Source: Rhynchobatus australiae | Taxonomy: Eukaryota | Assembly: GCA_034780895.1 (NCBI GenBank) | Contig: JAUZTB010000001.1 | Coordinates: forward strand, 98,962,559 to 99,026,558 | Length of the DNA: 64,000 nucleotides | Direction of reading: 5' to 3' | In this document: piece after piece, positions 51,650 to 64,000 of the stretch | How positions within the stretch are numbered: the stretch's first letter is position 1 | How the letters are laid out: each line of letters begins with the position of its first letter | Translations under genes and position numbers: made by a program | The notes under the pieces: generated by a model | Databases searched by the model: none | The model's input: only the letters and a program-made list of their open reading frames with translations | Told to the model about the DNA's origin: nothing

Positions 51650-52300
51650 CTGTTTATCAACTGACTGAGACTGACCCTGTCAAATCACAGTTTTGATAAA
51701 CTTCCAACCACATATTTGTGCCATCACTAATATTACCCCTTTCCATCAAAGTACCATTGCCTACCAACCCAGCTGATTCTGCTGCTCATCCATATCTTCA
51801 AAAGTTTAGATTTATTATTCCACCAACCACCACGTTATACTATCTGTAAACATGAGGCCCCTAAACTCCACAGTACTTTCTTTATCCTGAAATTGCAGAA
51901 GGTCTTATTCACCAGTTACCCTTGTATTTGCTGACTCACACTGGCCCTCAGTTAAGGAACAGCTTGATTTTAAAATTCATGTCACTTTCCTGTAATCTGT
52001 AAATCATCTGCATTTTGACATATTGAGCACCCACTATTTTTAATGGCACCACACTTAATGACTGTATCTTCAGCTACATAAACTGAAAGCTCTGGAATTT
52101 CCTCAGGAAATCTCTTCACCCAGTGATCTCCCTCCCCTTATTTATATACATTTTATAACCTACCTCTTAGGACAATCTTTTGGTTATCAGCGTCAGTATT
52201 TTCTTCTTGACTTGTTGTCCATTTTCTTTAACAATGTTCTGTTAAGTCACTGTGGGACATTTTGCTCTGTTGAAGGTGTCTTATAACATAGCTGTTGCTG
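51650..52300 (+). mobile_element. L2-clade LINE 3' end
   Basis: About 51912-51978 translates PVTLVFADSHWPSVKEQLDFKI (L2 motif PITPVLxxLHWLPVxxRxxFKI); L2-like tail tgtgggacattt...ttataa...gttgctg. Confidence 0.65.
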
Positions 52301-55300
52301 CTCCAAGCAGAATGCTTCTGTTATTTGATGATGCAAACTCAAAGCACCAAGAGCCACAGTATTTTAGAAACAGAATGTCTCAACTCCAATGGCTAATTAC
52401 CTTAGTAGCCTGCAGCTAATGATGGTCCTATAGGGAGGTAGGAACTGCTGCTAAATGTATTAGAAACCACGAGAGAAAATCATACCTTTATAAATGTGTG
52501 CATTGTGCTGGAAACAAGACTGATGGCAGGGATGCAAAATAACCATTTAGTTGTAATAACGTTTAAGTAATTTGAGTCATTAAAACTAGCTCATGTTTCT
52601 AATATGTAATATTATACACTGCAGTGACAATGGAAACATTTATTGACAGAGCTCTTCGCAGCTGTCACTTCTGTTTGGTTCTTGGTACCTGGAGGCAGGA
52701 ACATTTTAGTTTCTGTTAATAAAGCCCATTTAGGTGACAGAATCACCAGTGGGCTGATTTTTCAAGGAGTGTTGCCATTTTTTTTTCCTTTTTCTTCTAC
52801 CATGTCGTTGTGTCTTGAGTCATAGTAGGGCATCAACTACAAAGCTTTTTTGAAATAGAAAAAGGGACACAGAGTTCTAGATTCTTATTTTAGTTTTAGT
52901 TTTTCCTAAATTGTAAGAAGTTCTGTATCATGGAATCATTTCCATTATAAACCGGACTGAGAATATGAAAAACCCAATTTTTAACAAAAATACTTCTCGG
53001 AAGGACATAATTGACTTTGAGTGGGCTCAGATTCATCCAAGAAGATTAGAGGTGAAAGAATTTCAGCTGTACATTACACAGTCTTAGAGTTGTGAAACAA
53101 TCTGTTTTATAATGAAAATGATAGAATAATGATTTTTGTATTTTAGTAATCTCAGGAGAATATTTTGCCTGAAGCCTCAGTTGTAATTATTGTAGGGGAT
53201 TATAATTTATAGCTCATTAATTTTTGTGTTAAATATTTTAGTCTAATTGTTTTTTTTCCATGTTTGTTCCCCTTTGATGGTCAATAAAATTGACAAGATA
53301 AATTAGCAGCTCTCATTGACACTAAAGCTGATTCTTGACAGGTTCCATCAAGAATTGTGCTATCCAGAATAAAACTCTGTGTCAGAACTATCAGTTTAAT
53401 TTGCCAGTAGAAATGTCTTTCTCAGTTATCAGTAGAAGATAATTAGCTGAGGATCAGCAGAGCAGAGTATAAGGAGGGTTATAAGGTTTTGTGCTGAAAT
53501 ACTGTACTCTGTGTACAGATCAATTAGGACGCTTAACTTCATTTATAGTACGACAAAATTAATCCCATAAAAATGAGTGATCTCAGAGGAGTCAGTTGTC
53601 AGCTTCTGGCAGGATCACTTTGCCATAATCTATTAAAAAGCAGCTTTTATCAAGGCTTGCCTTTGTCATATTTTATGGATTTTTTCCATAAACACTGCCT
53701 ATACTTCATAAATGTCTCAATTTTCTAGTCTATTAACATGACTTCAAAAGCAATTGATAAAAGGACAGTGCATGCATGAAATAATACACCAATAATTTGA
53801 GGTGCTAAAGGCACTAACAGTGGTTAAACATCTTCACATGGCTTGTGAAGTAAAACAGCTCTAGAATATAACTCATTGCCTGTTGACCAAAAGGGATTAA
53901 TCAAATTAATTGGGAATTGTAAGGAGATCTATTCCTGTAGACTCTAAAATATTTTGTTTGGCATCACTAAATTTTGTTTTAAAAGCAACAGCAGAAAGAA
54001 AATCTGCAATCCATTTGCCTCTCTTCAAATCTCTCTCTCTCAGAAAATGGTTCTTGAAGTCAGTATTTTGCAATATTTTAATGTGAGCAAGAGAATGCAA
54101 ACACTGGATGTTTTGCAGCAGTTAAAAGTAAAGACAAACAAACCTGTAACTATTTAATTTGTAAAAATTGAGTCAGCTATGTTATTCTATTTTTAAATGT
54201 TAGATTGCCTGCTTACAATAGAAATCTAAATAAAATCCTAATAAAAAAACAAAATTGTATGAAATTATGCAAGGTGGTTGCAAACCTTATCAATATCTCA
54301 TGGTCCTATGGCTTTTTAGATTTTCTGATCAGCTTACTGAATTTTGCTACATTGTAGTAGGAAGGATGCCAAATTGATATCCAACTAATATCCAGATGAA
54401 GTGATTTTGACATGTCCAGGGCATCTGAAGGAATAGGTGTGTGACAGATGGATACACCGTTTTCAAAAAAAGTACATTATTTTATGGCTGATACTGATAT
54501 AAAATGTATGTAGGTAACCCACAAATTAAAGAGTAGTAGGTATATGTTGTGCCAAAGAGTTGTAAGATTTATTTTTCAAAAACTTGAAGTATTTTGAGTT
54601 TAATTGGAGCAACCTAAGTAAGGAACTACCTAGGCCTTCTCCCATTTCCCTCAGTTTTTTCAGATGAGGAACTGAAACAGATGAACAATAAGACATCAGA
54701 AACAATGCTAATCTTTAAGATTGATAAAGTGCAGTCATGTTTCAAAATACAGAAAAGTTATAACACAAGAACGCCCATTTGGTTTTGGCAGCACTGACGC
54801 TCCATGCAGATAAACTAATTGCACTTATCTGCTCTGTTCTTTTATTCCTTCACCATCTGTTTTTATTCAATCACCTATGTGGTCTAATTTTGAAAATTGG
54901 CACAGGTTTTCACTCAGCCAGCAAGAATAGCACCAAGGATCACAGCCACATAACTATGCAAAGATTTTTCTTCAGCTCCATGTTCTAAATCTCTTGCATT
55001 TCATTTCATATGTTTTGCCCTTTCAACTATTGGAAGCAGGGTTGCCTCATATGAAAATCCTTGTTTCTGAGAAGGCAGTGGTTAAGTGGCTCAAATTATA
55101 CTAGTCTAGAAATTTGGATAGACATGTTCCATACAAATTGTGCTTGTATGGAGAATCCATTTTTGGAATCAGACACCATATAATGATGTATTTCATTTAC
55201 AGCGTCCATAGGAAATTATCAGCTACACTTGTCAATGCTCTTCAGGGTTTTCATAGTACTCACCATATGTGCAGTTTAAAAAGAGCTTCCGGCCAAACTC

Positions 55301-58300
55301 TTAACACAATACGATACAAGCCCTCACATTGAATTTGCCTCCCTCAGCGCTAATTTCAGCCTTCATCTGAATGAGTTAAGGCAAACTGCTGACCAACCAT
55401 CCCACCATTGCCAACCATTCTAGCCCAACCACCCCCACCCTCAACACACAATGCTGGGTCTGATGTCCTTTGTGCTCTCTGTACTGATGCAACATGCAAG
55501 GAAAAAGCCATTCAATTTGGGAGATTCTGAGGTCTTGGGCATTATTGAATTTCCAGCCAGTAACCCCATAACCAAACTGGTAGTTGGCAGCTGTGCAGTG
55601 ACTGAATCACATCCCTCTGTGGAAATACGGTTTCCATTTGCTGCGTGCCACCCTTTCATCATTATTAGCACCTCTACCATATGACCAATTGGTTGGGTTC
55701 CACTGGAAAATACCCCTGTGTGTCGTATATAGGCATTCTCCAGGTTACATAAGAATTCAGTTGCTGGGAACTATCCAGAAGCCAATTCCTCCCTAGTCAG
55801 AAGTGTCCGATTTCATGGTAGCCTGTATCGTATCAGTGTATGTACACTTGCTATAATTCTTTCATTTTATTGAATTATCACNNNNNNNNNNNNNNNNNNN
55901 NNNNNNNNNNNNNNNNNNNNNNNNNNNNNNNNNNNNNNNNNNNNNNNNNNNNNNNNNNNNNNNNNNNNNNNNNNNNNNNNNATAATTCTTTCATTTTATT
56001 GAATTATCACCCAAACACTATCCGCGATTAAACTAATGGATTAGATGCTGTATCCAGCCATTAACGAATACCCTGAAACATGTTATTATTTTTACAACCT
56101 GAAATGTCCATTAAAAATGTTTGGGAGAATTTGCATAAAGTCAGATTTCTGTAGATCAGCTAATTCCTAACCCAGGGAGACCCAGTAATTGTATATTTAA
56201 AGCAAGCCTCTTTGGAGTTGTTAATATTTCCAGACAGTTACTGGACTATCTGGAATCACTGCAACCCTTGTGGTGGTGATGCTTTGTGGAACTGCTTTTA
56301 TAATTGAATGGCTTGTTAGACTGCTTTGGACAGCATCGCTCATCAAATGCATTGTATTGGATGAGAAATACAAGTGCAGCAGTTTTGTCGTCAGATTGTC
56401 ATGGTTAAGATTATATTGAAGTGCACAGGTTAAATTGGTATTTGGGATACATATGGTCAGTTTCAGATATGCCTACATTTTCAAAGAAGTCACCTCTTCT
56501 GTTGTGCTCAGAATCTCTGGTTTTAAGGTGAAAAAATTGGAACAACTTCAGTAGTCCAAGCAGGAAATATTCTAATCTGGCTTTCTATCCATCTGCCAAA
56601 AGATTCATGATTTCATCCAGTCTGAGACCAAGCAGATCAGGTTTAATGCTGTGAAGCAATGTATTGTGTTCAGTTGGCTAAATATTCGCTTTGGGCTACA
56701 GTTAGGTTTAATAAAATTGGTGCTGTAGTATTAGCTCTAAAGCAGAAGAGTTTTAGTGAATGGAAAAGATCAAACAGTCAACAGAACAGGGTAGGCTATC
56801 TCTGTAATAAACAATACGAGAAGCCATCATCATCAGATTGCCAGAGGACTAAGAGTGAGATCAGCTACACATTGCATGGTACTCAGATTTCTTGGCCCAC
56901 CCACTATCCCTTTACTTCACAAGGAAAGTGTCATTTGATATGCGACTACAGATTCAACAGAATTCTTAAGTAAAAAGATATTAAAATCCAAGGTTGAGCC
57001 CCCAAATTTTCATTCAAAGAAAAAGCAGTGGATTTGATAGTAACTGATATCATCTGCTGAAAGCCTGGTGGGGGCAGTTAGAATGGGGTTGAGCACTTAA
57101 ACAAAAATCTTTCCAGCTTGATCAGGTCAACTACAATATAAGCAGAGATGCAAGGACACCTGCCATAAGCTGACAGGGTCCTTGAGAATCATGCAGTTTG
57201 GGCTCTGCTGTGTTGTTTTAAAGTTGAAGCAGTGGTGGAATCCCCACCAGACTTAATCTGCCAGGACAGGAACCAAGGCCGGAAGAGATGATTTGTTGTA
57301 TTTTATTTTCAGTTGTAAGAGTTCTCATCCAAACCTCTGCCCTGGGATTCACCATCTACAGCGCACATCCATGAGCTAAACATTATTTTCCTTGATCCTC
57401 GAGCCTTTTGGCGCTTTCTTTTAAGCAAGGCATCAATTCCCCTATGACTTACTGGCTATTTAGATTAGATTAGATTAGTTTATTGTCGTATACACCAGGG
57501 TGCAATGAAATTCCATGTTCGCATGCAGCTCACAGAGTAAACAGTATACACTGTAATAATAAATACAATAATAAATACAACAACAACCAGAAAACAGCAG
57601 AATGATGCAAAGATTGTAGTGCCGTCTGTCGAGCAAAATAAATGTATTCAGAATTTAAATAGTGCGTGAATGAGGTGGTCAAATCTCTGACAGGGGTAAA
57701 AGCCAAGGTGTCAGATAAAGATCAGAAAACAGATAATAAAGATTCCCTACAAAAATATACACTTCATATACAAAGAATCCTAATATTATAACTGCTGGAT
57801 TTGTTAAGGTTGATACCAATAAGCGAGCTGCCTTTGTGCAGTACCTATTTCAGTTGTACTCATCATCTCCTTGTGTCTCATCTAAATGAAAAGCATCAAA
57901 CATTTTCCTATCCAAATAAAGATTGGACGCCACTAATTACAAATCTTCGCGGTCAGTATCATTAAAGTTAATGGATATAAAAATGATGGAAAAGATCTTC
58001 ATGTGAACCTGCTGTTTTGCCACTAATTTGGTTTCAAACGAAAATGATTTTTGATCTCCCATGCCGAGGGTGCTGAAATTGAAGTGTTCTATTTATCAGC
58101 CTCTTAAAGTTTATAAAACTTAGTAATTTTGCTGCTGCTACCCATATGAGCAAGAATTGTATCATCTTAAAGGGACAGATGTTGCATAGTCAAGAGACCT
58201 CAGCAGGAATCCCTCAGGAGTGTGCATTTAGACCCAATCAGTTCTAAGTTTTATTCCAAGCTGATGAATATCATGAAAAATGTGTGCTCTCTGGCGATGT

Positions 58301-58799
58301 AACCACCCTCTCAAAAACAATTAACTTTCAATCTGAAAAGCAAGCACCTGAAGAATCAGTGAAGGCAGAATGGGGCAATAGATGTGTAAAATCTGCAGCT
58401 GTTACTAGTAGCTGACATGTATCTCCATACAGAAAGATTTATTTTATTTCTTAATGTACACACATGTACAGGTTACAAATTGGTCAGTACAAATATTCAG
58501 CATCTCAACTTAAAAATAAATTGATATCTGCAGAGGTAAAACCAATGAGATTGAATGCATGAAAATGACATAGAGAATCCTTTGAAGGCTCAGTTGTAAT
58601 ACTAGATCTAGTTGTATCTATGCAATGACAGACACTGAGAGATTAAATCATCTACACCTGTTTGGCAACCTACAACTTACAGTCTTTTGTTCCTGGACTC
58701 AATCCAGTCCAAATCTAGGAACCACATAATCTGAGGGAGAATAACCTTCACCAAGCCACACGCCACTTAATATCATATGGAAGAGAGCCATCAACATAA

Positions 58800-58985
58800 A
58801 ATAGAAATGCAGAAAACACACTTCGGGTCAAGCAGCATCTGTCGAGAGATAAAACAAGTTAACATTTCAACTTGATAACCTTTTATCAGAAAGGCCTTCA
58901 ATCTAAAATATTAACTTTATTTTTTTCCAGAATCTGCCTGATCCAATGAATGTTTTCAGTATTTNNNNNNNNNNAGCATCCATGT
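58800..58985. mobile_element. Penelope-derived inverted-repeat element (degenerate)
   Basis: gggtcaagcagcatctgtcgagag...gttaacatttc...atcagaa, then inverted aatattaac...ctgcctgatcc...ttttcagtattt. Confidence 0.55.
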
Positions 58986-59726
58986 ATTTCCCTTCCAGGA
59001 GTATAACAGACGAGTTAATAACATGAGAGTTGTGAGCTCTCTTAACAGAAGAGGCTTGCATGTTCATGTCAGTAACACAGAAGTTCACCTCTTAACAATT
59101 TGCATCATCCAAGAAGTCTGTGCATTGTGCCCAGAATATCTATTCCATTGTCTCCTGCCTGCAGCACTCACTTCACTGACATTGTGTCCTTTGTGCAAAG
59201 TTAACAATCTCTTAATGAACAGGGTTTCCAAGGAATTTATTAAGCTCTAGGAAATTTGTGACCAAGCTTTTGGTACCTCAGTAAAATCACACCAAGAATA
59301 TCGCTTCTTCCAATAAGCACTGTTAATCCTATGAGATGACTGCCTTTGGCAAAGCCATCTCTAGCTCCACTATAGTGTGTCACTGAACTTGTAATATAAA
59401 CATTTTGGATACATGCAAATGATGTACGTTAGGAAGTTCATCATGGAGTATGTCCAGTAGGCNNNNNNNNNNNNNNNNNNNNNNNNNNNNNNNNNNNNNN
59501 NNNNNNNNNNNNNNNNNNNNNNNNNNNNNNNNNNNNNNNNNNNNNNNNNNNNNNNNNNNNNNNNNNNNNNNNNNNNNNNNNNNNNNNNNNNNNNNNNNNN
59601 NNNNNNNNNNNNNNNNNNNNNNNNNNNNNNNNNNNNNNNNNNNNNNNNNNNNNNNNNNNNNNNNNNNNNNNNNNNNNNNNNNNNNNNNNNNNNNNNNNNN
59701 NNNNNNNNNNNNNNNNNNNNNNNNNA

Positions 59727-60961
59727 GACCCTGCAGCCCACTGAGTCTGCATTGGCCATTAACATTGTCCTATATTCATTCCATTTTTTATTCTCCCCAC
59801 ATTCTCACAAACTCCCCTCAGATTCTACGACTCACCTACGCATTGAGAGCAATTCACAGTGGCTAATTGACCTACCAACCTGCACAACTTTGGGATGTGG
59901 GAGCAAACTGGAGCACCTGAAGGAAACATGTGTGATCACGAGGAGAATGTGAAAACTCCACACAGACAGCACCCAAGGATATTATTGAACCTGAGTGACA
60001 GAGTCGTACAGCATGGTAGACAGGCCCTTCAGCCCAATTGGTCCATCCAATCAAGATTCGCATCTAAGCTAGTCCCATTTGCCCGCATTTGACTCATATC
60101 CCTCTAAACCTTTCATATCCATGTACCTCAGGTTCCAATTAAATCTCTCCCCTCTCACATTAAACCTATGCCCTCTAGTTCTTGATTCCCCAACCCTAGG
60201 AAAAAGACTGTGTGCATTCATCCTATCAATCTGTGCCCCTCATAATTTTATATACCTCTGTTATATACCTCACCTCTCATTCTCCTACGCTCCAATGAAA
60301 AAAGTACCAACCTGCTCAACCTCTCTCCATAATTCAGTCCCTTGAGTCCCTTTGCATTCTTTCCAGCTTATTCGCATCCTTCCGATAGCAGGGTGAATAG
60401 CACAATATTCCAAATGTGGCCTCATCAACATCTGGTACAACTGCAACATAACTTCCCAACTTCTATACTCAGTGCCCTGGCTGATGAAGGCCAGTGTGCT
60501 GAAAGCTTTCTTCACCACCCTGTCTACCTGTGACACCACTTTCAGGGAACAATGCACTTGTACTCCTAGGTCACTGTGTTGTACGTCACTCCCCAGGACC
60601 CTAGCGTTCACTGTGAAAATCCTACCTTTATTTATCTTCCTAAAATGCAACACTTTGCACTCATCCAAATTAAACTCCATTTGCCATTCCTTGACCCAGC
60701 TGATCAAGATCCCTCTGTAAATCCTGATAACCATCTTCACTGTAAATGACACAATCTATTTTAGTGTCATCTCCAAACTTAATAACCATGCCTTGTACAT
60801 TCTCATCCAAATCATTGATATAGATAACAAGTAGCAATGGGCCCAGCATCAACCACCAGGGAGCTCTACTAGTCAGAGGTCTCCAGCCTGAAAAACAACC
60901 TTCTGGAGGGTTGCTGGCACTCTGAGGCAGCAGTTCTACCAGCTGCATCACTCTGCTGTCC
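59727..60961 (-). mobile_element. V-SINE split by a CR1 insertion (SINE parts 59727-59992 and 60908-60961)
   Basis: V-domain tgggatgtgggagcaaactggagcacc...actccacacagacagcacc...ttgaacc continues as gggttgctggcactctgaggcagcagttctacc after the CR1. Confidence 0.7.
59993..60904 (-). mobile_element. 5'-truncated CR1 LINE
   Basis: LGPLLLVIYINDLD...FGDDTKI, WQMEFN..CKVLHF, MRPHLEYC; 3' UTR matches the 19130 copy. Confidence 0.92.
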
Positions 60962-63911
60962 AAAGAATATTTTTTTTTCCCATTCTTTTAGTTTATCTGG
61001 TGCAACTGGCAATTTGATTGTGCTTCTGTTCATGTGGATACTTGTCAGCAAACTTTCACTGATGGCAAGAATTTAAATAAATTAACTAGAGAGCAAATTT
61101 CATTTGTAAAAAGTATTACTTGTTTTCTATAAATCAAAATATAGGTAACAGAACCTGTATTGTTTATATTTAAAGTAGTCATCCTCCTTTAAAGTAGAAC
61201 ATGTCCTTGCATGAGAGATTTCTGCAATATAAGTAATGGTTAATCTGTTCACCAGAAGAAAATCTAGTGCGATACCTGCACTCTATTGACAATAGGGCCG
61301 AAGGCAGAAAATTTGCAAATGNNNNNNNNNNNNNNNNNNNNNNNNNNNNNNNNNNNNNNNNNNNNNNNNNNNNNNNNNNNNNNNNNNNNNNNNNNNNNNN
61401 NNNNNNNNNNNNNNNNNNNNNNNNNNNNNNNNNNNNNNNNNNNNNNNNNNNNNNNNNNNNNNNNNNNNNNNNNNNNNNNNNNNNNNNNNNNNNNNNNNNN
61501 NNNNNNNNNNNNNNNNNNNNNNNNNNNNNNNNNNNNNNNNNNNNNNNNNNNNNNNNNNNNNNNNNNNNNNNNNNNNNNNNNNNNNNNNNNNNNNNNNNNN
61601 NNNNNNNNNNNNNNNNNNNNNNNNNNNNNNNNNNNNNNNNNNNNNNNNNNNNNNNNNNNNNNNNNNNNNNNNNNNNNNNNNNNNNNNNNNNNNNNNNNNN
61701 NNNNNNNNNNNNNNNNNNNNNNNNNNNNNNNNNNNNNNNNNNNNNNNNNNNNNNNNNNNNNNNNNNNNNNNNNNNNNNNNNNNNNNNNNNNNNNNNNNNN
61801 NNNNNNNNNNNNNNNNNNNNNNNNNNNNNNNNNNNNNNNNNNNNNNNNNNNNNNNNNNNNNNNNNNNNNNNNNNNNNNNNNNNNNNNNNNNNNNNNNNNN
61901 NNNNNNNNNNNNNNNNNNNNNNNNNNNNNNNNNNNNNNNNNNNNNNNNNNNNNNNNNNNNNNNNNNNNNNNNNNNNNNNNNNNNNNNNNNNNNNNNNNNN
62001 NNNNNNNNNNNNNNNNNNNNNNNNNNNNNNNNNNNNNNNNNNNNNNNNNNNNNNNNNNNNNNNNNNNNNNNNNNNNNNNCTCAGTATGTTACCTCACATC
62101 CATTTATAGAAAAGGTATTTCAACCTACAGTTGTGAAGAATTTTGCCTGTGATTCAAAATCAACTGGAAACATAGACTGTTCAGGGAACAAAATATTGTT
62201 GAGTATATCTTTATATATTCTTGTCTCTGTGTGTGTGTGCCACCTTTAAGCAAGATAGATGAACAGGAGGACAGAGCTGGTTGGAGAACTGGCAAACTGG
62301 TAATTATTAGCTGGGTAACCTTATCTGCAGCTGAAGTGAGATGGACTAGCAGTGGCAGCAGTCATTTTGCTGAATCAAAGTCCATGTTAGTTGCATTATA
62401 TACTGCCACACTGTGTTGTTAAGACTGGTATTAGCATGTACTGCTGAGGACATTGGAAGGACTCGATCTGTCACACTAAATCGCCTTCTTGCCCTCAAAT
62501 GCTGAGGTCTGTGGCTCTGCTGACATGTTCCTTCATTAATGGTCGAGCCTTGACAACTGATCCTAATTGCCTCTGAACAGCACTTCATGTATTATTGGTT
62601 TCTGCCTGCCCTGGTTCATGTCAACAAGCCACAGCAAGTGTAGGGTGTGCCTACTGCCTTTTCCTGCAATGATACTAAAATAGTCACTTACTTCTTAAGG
62701 TGCTGAACTTGCTGGAAGCAAAGTGAGAAACCCAAGATCCCTTCATCCCAAAGCAATAAATATTGAATGTGTATCTGTATAATGTTGTAAAAATGGGCCT
62801 GCATAAAGGCTATAAAACATGAATAGAGGGAACATTATGAACAGTGTTTTAAAGTGCTTAGTTATGAATATCTTTCATGTGCTTTATTCCTTTGAGGACA
62901 GAGGTTTCCGTTACTTTCTGAGAGTTATATTTTTCATTGTTCTCTTCTAAAACGATATTCTTCTGAAACCCAGGACCTAATATTAACTTTTACAAATAAG
63001 AGCAGCAGACAACAGCCTGGACTTTGCAGTGGACAGTAAATTTACTGTCCAGTTTTATGATGCTCAGACCCATTGGGTGTACCAAAATTCTTGGTATTTT
63101 ACTGTGCATGGAGGTGGAATTTGATAATTGGGAGTGGGTGGGGAGGAGTATCTGGCTGCTGAAAATAAAATCATTTGCTGTGATGATGAAAGAAAGCAGT
63201 CATTTGAAATGATTGGTCTTTTTATCATTTTCAAAAGATTATTTCCGATGGAGTGTGGGAATGGGAGGCAAATGAAAAGGGCATCCAAAATGGAACATGA
63301 CTTCAGCTATGTATTTCCATCACAACCATTCAGGCCTTTTATTATAAAAGGGCCTATCATTATTTTGGATGTAATTTCCTTTCTTTCTTGGAAGAATACA
63401 ATAGGGGTAATGGGAAATACAATTTGAATGAACAGAATAATATAAACACTTCCCCTTAACATGAAGAATGATTCATTCAAAACCCAAATTGCTCGTGTTA
63501 TATCATGGCATGCTGCAAAACTGCAGTTGTGGCCTAAAATGATTAAATATAAGAGTTTGACCAGACCTGTAATATTGTCACCTTGCATAGATTTTATGGA
63601 ATCATTGTCTACTGGACCCAAACAAGCCACTTGCACTGCTTTTTGAGATCCTTTGGCATTTCTGTAAACTTAATATATAAGCAGATTATGGTCAAACCAA
63701 ATTATCATCTTCAAAATTATTGGATGAGGATTAGATTAAAGTGTTCTTAATTCTTCATGTTCATTATGGTTTGAGAGTGATAATGAAAAGACAGATATCA
63801 CCAATTTCAATTGGGTCGTTAATTTTCAAAAACATTTTCTCAGTTGGTAATTTAGTGATTTTATGGTGAGTCATATCTCTTTCTGAAATTAAAGTTAATT
63901 ATGAACCTAAA

Positions 63912-63985
63912 ATAGAAACAGAAAATGCTAGAAATACTCAGCAGGTCAGGTTGCATCTGTGGAGAGGAATCAAGCTAATGTTTTG
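63912..63985 (-). mobile_element. Penelope-like terminus fragment
   Basis: gaaaatgctagaaatactcagcaggtcaggttgcatctgtggagag, same family as other copies. Confidence 0.55.
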
Positions 63986-64000
63986 AGCTTAAAGACATTT

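Overview
Eukaryotic (vertebrate) genomic DNA from a gappy draft assembly. The repeat content (elasmobranch-type CR1 LINEs, V-SINEs, Penelope-like termini) points to a cartilaginous fish, probably a batoid; this is an inference. The window lies inside one large + strand gene, DPH6 (diphthine-ammonia ligase). I recovered nine coding exons with GT-AG boundaries and consistent phases. Five encode the ATP-pyrophosphatase domain (homologous to human exons 4-8). Four more encode a linker and C-terminal RidA/YjgF-like domains, the long yeast-like architecture. The most striking observation is an in-frame TGA at 28454-28456 replacing the second Gly of GG in the conserved GEGGEYET motif, while all other exons look intact. 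Introns contain many decayed CR1, RTE and L2 LINEs, SINEs, nested insertions, recurrent short inverted-repeat Penelope-derived elements with minimal hammerhead-ribozyme-like cores, a local duplication starting at a splice donor, and several candidate conserved non-coding enhancers. No prokaryotic features, tRNA/rRNA genes or CRISPR arrays were seen.
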